A stretch of 64,000 nt of DNA from NCBI GenBank assembly GCA_049889395.1, contig JBMHDM010000015.1, forward strand, positions 111,103 through 175,102. The letters are read 5' to 3'. This DNA comes from Flavobacteriaceae bacterium (lineage in GTDB: Bacteria > Bacteroidota > Bacteroidia > Flavobacteriales > Flavobacteriaceae). The notes beneath the pieces were generated by a model. It was not told the DNA's origin. It did no database searches and saw only the letters and a program-made list of their open reading frames with translations. Each line of letters begins with the position of its first letter. The stretch's first letter is position 1. Below, one piece after another: positions 19,907 through 28,800 of this stretch. The position numbers and the translations under genes were made by a program.

Positions 19907-20835
19907 AATCCGTTATTTTGAATGGTTTGAATAAAAATATCATTAGCATTTGGCACCAGTTCTTTATAATGATTTATGTGGGCATTTGTACTCAAAAATG
20001 ATACTAATTCTTGAGAGCTTTCTCCAGTTTTCAACTTGATATTAAGTTTGAGATCGTCATCCAGAGACTTAAATTCGGCTTTAGATACCGAATATCGTTC
20101 AGAAATTAACTGTTTGAGTTCTGTCTTATTGGTTGTAGATAATCCAACCTCAAAGGTATTGGTTTTATGGTTACGTTTGATGTCAATCAGATTACCGTCT
20201 AATATTTTTTTAGATTTATGAATAAGGGCAATGTGGTCGCACAATTCCTCCACAGATTCCATCCTGTGGGTAGAAAAAATAACTGTCGCTCCATCATCGC
20301 GAAGCTGTAGAATTTCGTCTTTAATCAAATTGGCATTAATGGGATCGAAACCTGAGAAAGGTTCATCGAAAATCAGTAATTTTGGTTGGTGTAGCACCGT
20401 AACCACAAATTGAATCTTTTGAGCCATTCCTTTAGAAAGTTCTTCTATTTTTTTATCCCACCAATGTCCTATTTCAAGTTTATCAAACCAAAATTTTAAA
20501 CGCTTTTTAGCTTCAGAGTATGATAGCCCTTTAAGTTGTGCAAGATAGAGTGCCTGCTCCCCCACTTTCATAGATTTGTACAGACCCCGTTCTTCTGGCA
20601 AATAGCCAATGTATTGCACATGATGTGGTTTTAAGCGCTCACCATCAAGAATAACCTCACCGCTATCGGGCATTGTGATTTGGTTAATGATTCTAATGAG
20701 CGTTGTCTTTCCTGCGCCATTTGGACCCAAAAGTCCAAAAATACTGTGTTTAGGAACTTGAATAGTAACGTCTGAAAGGGCGTTAAACTCTCCAAATTGT
20801 TTAGAAATCGCGTTGGCTTCTAAAAGGTTTTGCAT
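19903..20835 (-). CDS. ABC transporter ATP-binding protein (NatA-like)
   Basis: Walker A GPNGAGKTT, signature LSKGMAQK, Walker B LLIFDEPFSGFD and H-loop STH are present, plus a roughly 90-aa C-terminal extension. Confidence 0.9.
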   Translation of the reverse strand: MQNLLEANAISKQFGEFNALSDVTIQVPKHSIFGLLGPNGAGKTTLIRIINQITMPDSGEVILDGERLKPHHVQYIGYLPEERGLYKSMKVGEQALYLAQLKGLSYSEAKKRLKFWFDKLEIGHWWDKKIEELSKGMAQKIQFVVTVLHQPKLLIFDEPFSGFDPINANLIKDEILQLRDDGATVIFSTHRMESVEELCDHIALIHKSKKILDGNLIDIKRNHKTNTFEVGLSTTNKTELKQLISERYSVSKAEFKSLDDDLKLNIKLKTGESSQELVSFLSTNAHINHYKELVPNANDIFIQTIQNNGL

Positions 20836-20920
20836 GATTTTTAGTTTACAAAATACGACACCATTCAGAGGTGATTGTTACATTGTAAAGCTAACAAAAA
20901 TTTGTAGAGAATTACAAGTG

Positions 20921-22033
20921 TTACGAAAACATATCTTTTACCTTCTCAAAGAAGGACTTATCGGAGCTTTCCGGTTTGGGTGTAAAATGCTCGTTGTTTC
21001 GCATTTGTTCAAAAAATTTCTTTTGATCTTTATTGAGTGTTTTTGGGGTCCATACATTAACATGTACCAGGAGATCACCCTTGTTGTAACCATTCAAATT
21101 AGGTATTCCCTTACCACGCAATCGCAATATTTTCCCAGATTGAACACCTGGCTCAATTTTCAACCTAACTTTTCCTGTGACAGTATCTATTTCAACAGAA
21201 GCTCCTAATATGGCATCTGGTAAACTAACATAAAGATCATAATGTAAATTATCTCCTTCACGCTGAAGCTTTGGATGTGCTTCTTGCGAAATGGCGACTA
21301 ATAAATCACCTGAGATTCCGTTTCCTGGGGCTGCATTTCCTTTGCCTGTTACTTTCAATTGCATACCGTCCTCAACTCCAGCTGGTATTTTGATGGACAC
21401 TGTTTCTTCTTCTATCACGAAACCATTAGCATCAGCATTTGGAGGACGATGATCAATAACCTGTCCAGAACCACCACAAGCGGTACAAGGCGAAGCAGTT
21501 TGCATACGGCCCAATATGGTATTCGTTATACGATTAACCTGTCCAGAACCGTTACAAGTGTTACAGGTCTTATAGGAAACGCCTTGAGCTTGTTTTTTGC
21601 GTTTTACTTTAATTTTTTTCTCAACACCGTTGGCTATTTCTTCTAAAGTGAGCTTGACTCGAATTCTTAAGTTAGTCCCACGAGGTGTACGTTGGCGTTT
21701 TCCGCCAAATCCACCAAAGCCGCCACCAAAAGCGCCACCAAAAATATCACCGAATTGGCTGAAGATATCATCCATATTCATACCCCCACCGCCAAATCCA
21801 CCAGCACCCTCAAATGCTTGATGACCAAATTGATCGTATCGTGATTTTTTGTTGGGATCGCTTAGTACTTCATAAGCCTCCGCAGCTATCTTAAACTTGT
21901 CCTCGGCTTCTTTATCATCTGGATTTTTATCTGGATGGTATTTGATTGCCATCTTTCGATAAGCTTTCTTTATTTCTGTAGCTGAAGCGTTCTTTGATAC
22001 ACCTAGTACTTCATAATAATCTTGCTTTGCCAT
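20921..22033 (-). CDS. dnaJ: molecular chaperone DnaJ (atypical: only two CxxCxGxG repeats)
   Basis: The J domain has HPD (KYHPDKN) and is followed by a long G/F region ([21 protein letters not shown]). The Cys-rich segment has only CNTCNGSG and CTACGGSG. A conserved C-terminal substrate-binding domain follows. Confidence 0.9.
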   Translation of the reverse strand: MAKQDYYEVLGVSKNASATEIKKAYRKMAIKYHPDKNPDDKEAEDKFKIAAEAYEVLSDPNKKSRYDQFGHQAFEGAGGFGGGGMNMDDIFSQFGDIFGGAFGGGFGGFGGKRQRTPRGTNLRIRVKLTLEEIANGVEKKIKVKRKKQAQGVSYKTCNTCNGSGQVNRITNTILGRMQTASPCTACGGSGQVIDHRPPNADANGFVIEEETVSIKIPAGVEDGMQLKVTGKGNAAPGNGISGDLLVAISQEAHPKLQREGDNLHYDLYVSLPDAILGASVEIDTVTGKVRLKIEPGVQSGKILRLRGKGIPNLNGYNKGDLLVHVNVWTPKTLNKDQKKFFEQMRNNEHFTPKPESSDKSFFEKVKDMFS

Positions 22034-22051
22034 GCTTTGCTATTGTGTTGT

Positions 22052-22582
22052 TTATTGACCGATAACGACTTTTGGAAATCGAATGACTTTTTCACCTAAT
22101 TTATATCCCTTCTCAATCACATCTATAATTTTTCCTTTGAGATCTTCGCTTGGAGAAGGAATTTGCGTTACGGCTTCATGGTTATCGGCATTAAAGGTAT
22201 CGCCTTTTTGTACCACAATTTGACTTAAACCCTTCTGCTCTAATGTCGAGATGAGTTTGTTTTTAATCAATTCCACACCCTTGGAAAGCTCTGAATTTTC
22301 GTGTTTAGAAATTTCAACAATGGCACGGTCAAAATCATCCAGAACTGGGAGCAGGGCTTGGATGACGTCTTGACTTGCTGTAGAAAACAACTCTACTCTT
22401 TCTTTTGCAGTCCTTCGTTTATAATTTTCAAATTCTGCAAACAAGCGCAAGAATTTATCTTTTTCACTGGCTAACTCTTCTTTTAGCTGATTCTCTTGGG
22501 ATATGATCTGATCATCTTCATTTGACTGAATATCAACAGCTTCAGCTTCTGTGTGATTGATTTTTGACTTCTTTTTACTCAT
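22052..22582 (-). CDS. grpE: nucleotide exchange factor GrpE
   Basis: 176 aa. RL.AEFENYKRR, LLPVLDDFDRA and the C-terminal GYKLGEKVIRFPKV are all canonical GrpE motifs. It lies 18 nt upstream of dnaJ. Confidence 0.9.
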   Translation of the reverse strand: MSKKKSKINHTEAEAVDIQSNEDDQIISQENQLKEELASEKDKFLRLFAEFENYKRRTAKERVELFSTASQDVIQALLPVLDDFDRAIVEISKHENSELSKGVELIKNKLISTLEQKGLSQIVVQKGDTFNADNHEAVTQIPSPSEDLKGKIIDVIEKGYKLGEKVIRFPKVVIGQ

Positions 22583-22610
22583 ATTGTAAATTTTTCTAAA
22601 CGACCTAGGA

Positions 22611-22618
22611 CAAAATTA
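22611..22618 (-). promoter_or_regulatory. candidate Bacteroidota -7 promoter box (TAnnTTTG)
   Basis: The minus strand reads TAATTTTG, 28 nt upstream of the grpE ATG. Confidence 0.4.
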
Positions 22619-22667
22619 CTGCCATTCTGTAAAAAATGTCAAAATGTCACTTCTTTTTTATTAAAAT

Positions 22668-23609
22668 TTATGGTAGTTCTGTTAATGGCTTGTTTAACAG
22701 GTGACTCAGGGCTGCAGAAATTTCATGAAACTGAAATTTGAATCCCGTAGATTGAATCTTATTTGCACATACACGTTGACTTTCCAGTACGATGGCACTC
22801 ATTTCTCCTAAAATGAATTTTAAAATAAATTCAGGGACCTTTGGAAAAATCAAGGGTTTGTTCAAAATTTTTGCAAGCGTTTTAGTGAATTCAATTTGTT
22901 GAACAGGGTTGGGAGACACGGCATTGTAAACCCCCTCGATTTCATGGTCCATGACATGACAAAACATTTGAATCAAATCGTCTCTATGAATCCAGGATTG
23001 CCATTGCTGACCAGAACCTAGCGGGGAACCCACATAATTCTTTATGGGAGTCATTAATTTAGGAAGTGCCCCAAATTGCTCATCCAATACAATTCCAATT
23101 CTTAAAATTGAGACTTTTGTTTCACTACTGTGGAAAGGGATTGTCGCATCCTCCCAACTTTTTACAACAGATCGCAAAAAGGAATTATCATCAAACTTAT
23201 CATCTTTCTCTTCGTAATATTGAGTTTTTGAGTCTACATAAATACCAATCGCACTCGCCGATATGAGATGTTTGATTGTTTTTTTTTGAGATTTTAGGGC
23301 TTCGAATAAAACCTCGAGGGAGGTTGTTCGACTATCCATGATACGACTTTTGGCAGATTTACGCCAGCGTTGGGCGATTGGTGCCCCAGCTAAATTTATA
23401 ATAGTATCAATCCCTTTCAGACATGAGACGTCAATCTCTTTTTTTAGAGGGTTCCAATAAAAGATGTTAGGATTCTTCTGATGATTTATTTTGGATTGCT
23501 GAGTCGTCAAAATATGTAAGTCATAACCTAGTCTGGAAAGCGTTTCAACCAAGGCTTTTCCAATCAATCCTGATGCTCCAGTAATGAGTATTTTTTTTGA
23601 CATATTCAA
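22668..23609 (-). CDS. YfcH-like NAD-dependent epimerase/dehydratase family protein (TIGR01777-type, with DUF1731 tail)
   Basis: A Rossmann motif ILITGASGLIGKAL is present. The C-terminal ..ESQRVCANKIQSTGFKFQF resembles the DUF1731 end of YfcH-type proteins. Confidence 0.75.
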   Translation of the reverse strand: MNMSKKILITGASGLIGKALVETLSRLGYDLHILTTQQSKINHQKNPNIFYWNPLKKEIDVSCLKGIDTIINLAGAPIAQRWRKSAKSRIMDSRTTSLEVLFEALKSQKKTIKHLISASAIGIYVDSKTQYYEEKDDKFDDNSFLRSVVKSWEDATIPFHSSETKVSILRIGIVLDEQFGALPKLMTPIKNYVGSPLGSGQQWQSWIHRDDLIQMFCHVMDHEIEGVYNAVSPNPVQQIEFTKTLAKILNKPLIFPKVPEFILKFILGEMSAIVLESQRVCANKIQSTGFKFQFHEISAALSHLLNKPLTELP

Positions 23610-23685
23610 AATTATTGAAACCTTGTAAGCTATTGTGTTAAAGTCATGCGGTTTAACAAATATTTAAGTCAATAACTACTCGAAA

Positions 23686-24378
23686 TTATTGCATGGGTTT
23701 TGTGGCTCGTAGCATTTCACGCTTTCCCGGAGGACCTGGAAGTCGCTCTACATTGAATCCAACCTCTAGCAGGGCGCGTCTGACACTGCCTTTTGCGGAA
23801 TAGGTAACCAAATGCCCTTCTCTGTTTAGGGCGTTGTACATTTTGAGAAAAATATCTTTAGTCCATAAATCAGGTTGGACTCGCGGACCAAAAGCATCAT
23901 AATAGATGATATCAAAAGCACTGCAATCTTCTATTTCATAAAAAAATTGAAGTCTTTTTTTTAAACTGAAATTGGAATTTATTTGAATTGACTTGTTCCA
24001 CGAACAATTATGAATGGATTCAAAATCATGTTTAGTGTCGGGCATAATTTTTGAATAATCCAATGTTTTTAGTTCAAGTTCTGGAACAGGATATGCTTCA
24101 ACAGCATGATAATTCACTTGTACAGAAAGTGTTTTGGTATTGATTAATGTTAACAAAGCGTTGAGGCCGGTCCCAAATCCAACTTCCAAAATAGATAGCG
24201 TCTTCTTTTTTGGAAAACGCTCGATAAAACACTGTAACCCAGAGTAAATGTATACGTGTAATGCTTCTTGGAGGGCACCATGTTTAGAATGATATTGCTC
24301 ATTCCAATCTGAAATATGAATTGTTTTTGAACCGTCTGCAGTGGTAATTATCGAACGTTTCAAAACAAAAGGCTTCAT
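23686..24378 (-). CDS. MnmC/MnmD-like SAM-dependent tRNA (mnm5s2U34) methyltransferase domain protein
   Basis: 230 aa. TADGS.T..S....E.YHS..GA..E..HV and the SAM-binding ILEVGFGTGLN, followed by DAFGP...P.LW, match the stand-alone methyltransferase half of MnmC. Confidence 0.75.
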   Translation of the reverse strand: MKPFVLKRSIITTADGSKTIHISDWNEQYHSKHGALQEALHVYIYSGLQCFIERFPKKKTLSILEVGFGTGLNALLTLINTKTLSVQVNYHAVEAYPVPELELKTLDYSKIMPDTKHDFESIHNCSWNKSIQINSNFSLKKRLQFFYEIEDCSAFDIIYYDAFGPRVQPDLWTKDIFLKMYNALNREGHLVTYSAKGSVRRALLEVGFNVERLPGPPGKREMLRATKPMQ

Positions 24379-24864
24379 TTATTTGGCTAAGAGAACGCCA
24401 TCTGCTTCAAAGTTGTAGGTTTTTTTAGGTGATGTGATGGCAGCTATATCTTCCTCGGATGCGCCAGAATCCTCTGCATAATGCTGTAAATCTGCTACAG
24501 AAGTTTCAGAAAGGTAGGCCTTGCCATTGATAATCACCTCCCCTTTTGCATCCAAAGGCATAAAAAATCCGTAATCTTTGAATCGAACCATAACCTCATC
24601 ACCATTAGCTAGTGGTAAAGTCATCCAACATCCTTTTTTTGAACAGACTTCTTTAATCGTTCCTTTGAGTGTAACTTGCATCGTATCGGTTTGATGTTCA
24701 ATATTTTGGACAACCTCGTCCAAAGTTAGAACTTGATTGGTTTCAAAAGTATCTCCAAAAGAGAAATATGTTTTCGAATCTATTTTTACGGGAATGCGTT
24801 CCGTTTTTTGATTTTTACAGCCTAATAGTAATACTAAGATAATGAGTGAAAATCTTCCTAACAT
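24379..24864 (-). CDS. DUF4920 lipoprotein
   Basis: A lipoprotein signal (LVLLLGCKN) and the characteristic EVCSKKGCWMTL motif are present. The stop abuts the downstream gene start with a 0-nt gap. Confidence 0.7.
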   Translation of the reverse strand: MLGRFSLIILVLLLGCKNQKTERIPVKIDSKTYFSFGDTFETNQVLTLDEVVQNIEHQTDTMQVTLKGTIKEVCSKKGCWMTLPLANGDEVMVRFKDYGFFMPLDAKGEVIINGKAYLSETSVADLQHYAEDSGASEEDIAAITSPKKTYNFEADGVLLAK

Positions 24865-24934
24865 GTCTACGAATTAAATGCATTCAAATATAATAACTTT
24901 TTGGTCATTGCTGTAATTTGATGACTGAATTTAG

Positions 24935-24955
24935 TAGTTTTGCTATGTAATTTTG
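24935..24955 (+). promoter_or_regulatory. two tandem candidate -7 boxes (TAnnTTTG) upstream of ilvE
   Basis: TAGTTTTG (24935-24942) and TAATTTTG (24948-24955) lie 23 and 10 nt upstream of the ilvE ATG at 24966. Confidence 0.4.
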
Positions 24956-24965
24956 AATTAAAAAA

Positions 24966-26021
24966 ATGAATGCGATAAAAGTCACCAAAACTACAAAATC
25001 AAAAATCTCTGATGTTGATTTCAATAACCTTGGTTTTGGAAAAGTTTTTTCGGATCATATGTTGGTCTGTGATTTCAAAAATAATCAATGGGGTACTCCT
25101 GAGGTTGTTCCGTTTCGTCCATTGAGTTTAATGCCTTCGTCAAAAATTTTCCATTATGGCCAATCCATTTTTGAAGGTATGAAAGCTTATAAAGACAAGG
25201 ATTTAAACACTTGGTTATTTCGCCCTGACGAAAATTTTAAACGCCTGAACAAATCGGCCAAAAGGCTGGCTATCCCTGAATTGCCCGAATCCATTTTTTT
25301 TGAAGGACTTAAGGCGTTACTGAAAGTGGATGATGCTTGGATTCCCACTGTGGATGGGAGCTCACTCTACATTCGCCCTGTAATATTTGCTACAGGAGAA
25401 GGGTTTCATGCCTCACCTGCAGATGAATACAAATTTATTATTGCAACAGCACCTTCTGGGCCATATTTTTCGGGGGACGTTAAAGTTTTAATTGAGGAAC
25501 ATTACTCACGCTCGGCCAATGGTGGTGTGGGATATGCCAAAGCAGGTGGAAATTATGCTGGTCAATTTTACCCCACACAATTGGCTATTGATCGCGGGTA
25601 CAACCAAGTTATTTGGACAGATGACATTACGCATGAATATATTGAAGAAGCTGGTGCTATGAACATCTTTGTTCGTATCAATGACACCCTAATTACGGGG
25701 CCTACGAGCGATCGTATTTTGGATGGTGTGACCCGGAAAAGTATTATTGATCTTGCCAAGGTTGAAGGTATTAAGGTCGAAGTCAGAAAATTTACGGTAA
25801 AAGAAGTCGTTGAAGCCTCAAATAACGGCAGTTTAAAGGAAATGTTTGGTGCAGGAACAGCGGCCGTAATTTCACCAATTTCTGGATATGGCTATAAAGA
25901 CAAAGACTATGAATTACCAAAGCTAGAATCTTCATTTGCTTCTAGATTGAAATCACGAATTATTGCTATTCAAACTAACAAAACCGAAGATTTGTTTGGC
26001 TGGCGATACAAAGCGTCTTGA
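24966..26021 (+). CDS. ilvE: branched-chain amino acid aminotransferase (class IV)
   Basis: 351 aa. FSDHM, HYGQSIFEGMKAY, LYIRP, the GNYA..  region and EE.GAMNIF, GVTR are typical of the long-form IlvE. Confidence 0.9.
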   Translation: MNAIKVTKTTKSKISDVDFNNLGFGKVFSDHMLVCDFKNNQWGTPEVVPFRPLSLMPSSKIFHYGQSIFEGMKAYKDKDLNTWLFRPDENFKRLNKSAKRLAIPELPESIFFEGLKALLKVDDAWIPTVDGSSLYIRPVIFATGEGFHASPADEYKFIIATAPSGPYFSGDVKVLIEEHYSRSANGGVGYAKAGGNYAGQFYPTQLAIDRGYNQVIWTDDITHEYIEEAGAMNIFVRINDTLITGPTSDRILDGVTRKSIIDLAKVEGIKVEVRKFTVKEVVEASNNGSLKEMFGAGTAAVISPISGYGYKDKDYELPKLESSFASRLKSRIIAIQTNKTEDLFGWRYKAS

Positions 26022-26023
26022 GG

Positions 26024-26410
26024 TTAAGATTCTAATGTTTTTTTAATATTAGGCTTGAAGTAATTTGGCCCTTTCATGACCTTTCCATCCTGTCTATAGA
26101 TTGGTTCTCCGTTAGCATCCAACTTACTCATATTGCTTCGTTGTATTTCATTAAAAACAGCTTCAATTTTGTGTTGAAGACCATGCTCTATGATAGTACC
26201 ACACAAGATGTAAAGCATATCGCCCAAGGCATCAGCAACCTCTACAAGATCATCGGATTGTGCAGCTTCAAAATATTCTTCATTTTCTTCTTTCATTAAG
26301 TCATAACGAAGTTTATTCTTTGCGTGGCCTAAATTTGCTTTTGGTGTATTTCTGTAACCAATTTTAAAGGCATCATGAAACAACTTAACAGCTTCGATTT
26401 TCTCTTTCAT
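26024..26410 (-). CDS. MazG-like all-alpha nucleoside triphosphate pyrophosphohydrolase family protein
   Basis: 128 aa. The EE..E....... D..E..DAL.D..Y acidic metal-binding helices (MKEENEEYFEA...DLVEVADALGDMLYI) are present. Confidence 0.65.
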   Translation of the reverse strand: MKEKIEAVKLFHDAFKIGYRNTPKANLGHAKNKLRYDLMKEENEEYFEAAQSDDLVEVADALGDMLYILCGTIIEHGLQHKIEAVFNEIQRSNMSKLDANGEPIYRQDGKVMKGPNYFKPNIKKTLES

Positions 26411-26456
26411 CTAAAGATTTTTTGTAGTTTTACGTTCAGGAATTAAAAGTACAATT

Positions 26457-26645
26457 ATGTTCAGTCAAGGGCAACTTATTTTTGCAATTCTTTTTTTTAT
26501 AACCTTTGTTTTGGTAATCGTAAAATCTTACAGCAAAGATATTTCATTGAACAAAAGTTATTACAAAGGCAGTATTTGGATTCTACTTATTTTTATTGCT
26601 TTTATACTCGGGATAGCCGCAATAAAATTCTTTCTTGGGTTATAA
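26457..26645 (+). CDS. small two-helix membrane protein (hypothetical)
   Basis: 62 aa with two clear hydrophobic helices separated by a basic loop. There is no recognisable motif, so this is called on ORF and hydrophobicity only. Confidence 0.4.
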   Translation: MFSQGQLIFAILFFITFVLVIVKSYSKDISLNKSYYKGSIWILLIFIAFILGIAAIKFFLGL

Positions 26646-26795
26646 CCCACACCCTTCTTTTATTCTTTTCAATTCATAACTAGAAAATATTTTGATGCAG
26701 ATTGAATTTGCATTTCAACTAAATATTTAAGTCATAGAAGTGTTGGTTCACAATAAATTTATAATTTTATGAAAATTTGAAAATACAACATCCCA

Positions 26796-27815
26796 ATGAA
26801 AGCGTTAAAAATTACAGCAATCCTACTTTTGTTTTTACTCATAACCGGCGTCAGCTATGTTGCGGTTCAACCAGGTAGTTATGACATTCACCGAACCCGA
26901 ACAGTTTCTGCTCCAGTTAGTCTAATTTACAAAACCGTCAATGATTATAAGAAGTGGGTAGATTGGTCGCCTTGGAAAGCCAAAGACCCGTCACTTGAGT
27001 TTGAATTTCCAGACCAAACTATTGGTGTTGGTAGCCACTACAAATGGACTGGTAAAGACGGTAAAGGTAAAATGACTACATTGGCAACAGCCGTAAATGA
27101 CTCGATTTTGCAAGAGCTTAAATTTGAACAATTTCCGCCTTCGCTAGTGTATTGGAACTTCAACTACAAATCACCACAAAGTACAGAAGTTACTTGGGGT
27201 ATGCGCAGCGATGATGTCCCTTTTTTATTGAAATTTTTCGCCATGATAAGCGGAGGAATGGATAGGATGATAGGCCCCGATTACGATCAAGGACTTGAAA
27301 ATCTTGATTATTATTTACAAAAACAAATGGCAGTTTATAGCGTAGAGGACAATGGAATAACGGATTATGGCGGAGGATTTTATCTTTATCTCACGTCCAG
27401 TATTACACCTGAAAATATTGATACGGTAATGAGAAAAAATTATACGAGCATTTACAACTACATGGCAGCCAATTCCATAAGAGCCAGTGGAAAACCTATG
27501 AGCATTTATCAGTATCGAAATGCAGAAAATGGTAATATGATTGTTAGTTGTGCTGTTTCAGTTAATCAAAATTACAATATTAAAGACGCTAGTGGAATTT
27601 TGTGTGGATATATTCCAAGAACTAAAGCCCTAAAAACTACTTTGTTGGGTAACTATGAAAACTTAAGTGACGCTTGGACACAAGGATATCAAATGATGAA
27701 TAAATTAAATTTGAGTCCATCTTCCATTAAGCCTTTTGAAATATACATCACTGATCCGGATAAAACGCCTAATCCTGCGGATTGGATTACTGAACTTTAC
27801 ATCCCTTTAAAATAA
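26796..27815 (+). CDS. SRPBCC-fold domain + GyrI-like effector-binding domain protein, N-terminally anchored
   Basis: 339 aa with a signal/anchor helix. The N-terminal half has a START/SRPBCC-like pattern (W..WSPW..KDP, YKWTGKDGKGKMT). The C-terminal half resembles GyrI-like small-molecule-binding domains (..P.EIY..DP....P.DW.TE.Y.P). The domain calls come from pattern memory only. Confidence 0.5.
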   Translation: MKALKITAILLLFLLITGVSYVAVQPGSYDIHRTRTVSAPVSLIYKTVNDYKKWVDWSPWKAKDPSLEFEFPDQTIGVGSHYKWTGKDGKGKMTTLATAVNDSILQELKFEQFPPSLVYWNFNYKSPQSTEVTWGMRSDDVPFLLKFFAMISGGMDRMIGPDYDQGLENLDYYLQKQMAVYSVEDNGITDYGGGFYLYLTSSITPENIDTVMRKNYTSIYNYMAANSIRASGKPMSIYQYRNAENGNMIVSCAVSVNQNYNIKDASGILCGYIPRTKALKTTLLGNYENLSDAWTQGYQMMNKLNLSPSSIKPFEIYITDPDKTPNPADWITELYIPLK

Positions 27816-27821
27816 CAAACC

Positions 27822-28193
27822 ATGAAACAGATTTTATTGGTCTTTATTGGAGGTGGCATAGGTAGTGCTACAAGATTTGGTATTGGAAGATTGTTAAAAA
27901 ATACAATCGGTACATTTCCGATTGGAACTTTTTTTGTCAATATCGTTGGTTGTCTTTTAATTGGCGTTTTAATGGGTTGGGGGTTAAAAAATCAAAACAT
28001 AAACGAAAATCAGACACTCTTATTGATTACGGGGTTTTGTGGAGGGTTTACTACATTTTCAGCTTTTGCAGCAGAAAATCAATTTTTTCTCAAGAATGGA
28101 GAATTCACTCAATTTTTAACCTACACCCTAGCCTCATTAATTTTAGGGATTTTGGCAGTCATTTTTGGCCTATTTATTTCAAAACATCTTTAG
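27822..28193 (+). CDS. crcB: fluoride ion channel CrcB/FluC
   Basis: 123 aa with four TM helices and motifs GGGIGSATRF, F.VN..GC.LIG and GFCGGFTTFSAF. It starts 6 nt after the upstream gene. Confidence 0.9.
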   Translation: MKQILLVFIGGGIGSATRFGIGRLLKNTIGTFPIGTFFVNIVGCLLIGVLMGWGLKNQNINENQTLLLITGFCGGFTTFSAFAAENQFFLKNGEFTQFLTYTLASLILGILAVIFGLFISKHL

Positions 28194-28196
28194 ATT

Positions 28197-28799
28197 TTAG
28201 GGCTTGATGTAGCGCTTGACTCCAGCTGTAACCCGAATTGGAATGTAATTATCTCTGGGGACAATGGGGCATGAATAACGTTCATTATAAGCACAGTAGG
28301 GATTGTAGGCTCTGTTAAAATCCAACCATAAACTATCTGAATTGGGGATTTGCAGATCCAGATAACGTCCACCACCATAGCTACTCATTCCATTAGTATC
28401 GTCCAAAAAAGGTAAAAATAATTCATTCGATTGATTCTCCATCGCTGATTTATTTTGATAAATGTTTAGGCGATATTCGTTTCCCTTCAAATTGAAGATT
28501 AAAATCCCATAAACCCGTTCTTTTGAAACCCTTTTAGTATTGGTTTTCATGTCAAAAAAATTAGAGTTAGGCGTTCTTTCAATTTTAGCTCGAACCACAA
28601 AATTGGAATCCAGAGGGAAAAAATCTAAAGTCGAAAACTGTTTTAAGTCTTTTGCATTCAGTGGAGAGGTAGAGGCATCTTTAAAAAGGGCATTCAAATT
28701 CTTTTGAAATGTTGAATCAAATTTATGTATAACCTTTTCATTTTTACAAGATAAAATGATTAATCCAAAAAGACTTAATAAATGTATTATTACTTTCAT
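28197..28799 (-). CDS. DUF1684 lipoprotein
   Basis: A lipoprotein signal (LIILSCKN) and the C-terminal motif FN.AYNPYCAYN..YSCP.VP..N typical of DUF1684 are present. Confidence 0.7.
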   Translation of the reverse strand: MKVIIHLLSLFGLIILSCKNEKVIHKFDSTFQKNLNALFKDASTSPLNAKDLKQFSTLDFFPLDSNFVVRAKIERTPNSNFFDMKTNTKRVSKERVYGILIFNLKGNEYRLNIYQNKSAMENQSNELFLPFLDDTNGMSSYGGGRYLDLQIPNSDSLWLDFNRAYNPYCAYNERYSCPIVPRDNYIPIRVTAGVKRYIKP

Positions 28800-28800
28800 A

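Noticed and set aside
20836-20920. A sigma-54-type promoter upstream of the ABC-2 / sigma-54-activator operon. The minus strand contains TGGTGTCGTATTTTGT.
   Set aside because: The GG is present, but the -12 element reads TTTG instead of TTGC at the required spacing and the -24 half is TGGTGT rather than TGGCAC. This is no better than chance. Other TGGCAC occurrences in the window lack TTGC at N5.
22583-22667. A CIRCE (TTAGCACTC-N9-GAGTGCTAA) heat-shock operator upstream of grpE-dnaJ.
   Set aside because: There is no match to either half-site. Only a TAATTTTG -7 box is present.
24878-24916. A 12-codon mini-ORF (MHSNIITFWSLL) upstream of ilvE as a branched-chain amino-acid attenuation leader.
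   Set aside because: It has only two Ile and two Leu codons and no alternative terminator/antiterminator hairpins. It also lies upstream of the predicted -7 boxes, so it would not be on the ilvE transcript.
26646-26795. Possible fluoride (crcB-motif) riboswitch upstream of the SRPBCC-crcB pair. The region contains a small ATGCA-N9-TGCAT hairpin.
   Set aside because: I could not find the conserved riboswitch elements (GGnGAUGG, AACCGCC, GCUGAUGAUnCCUAC). The region is almost pure A/T and the hairpin is a weak 5-bp stem. It needs an Infernal scan to be certain.
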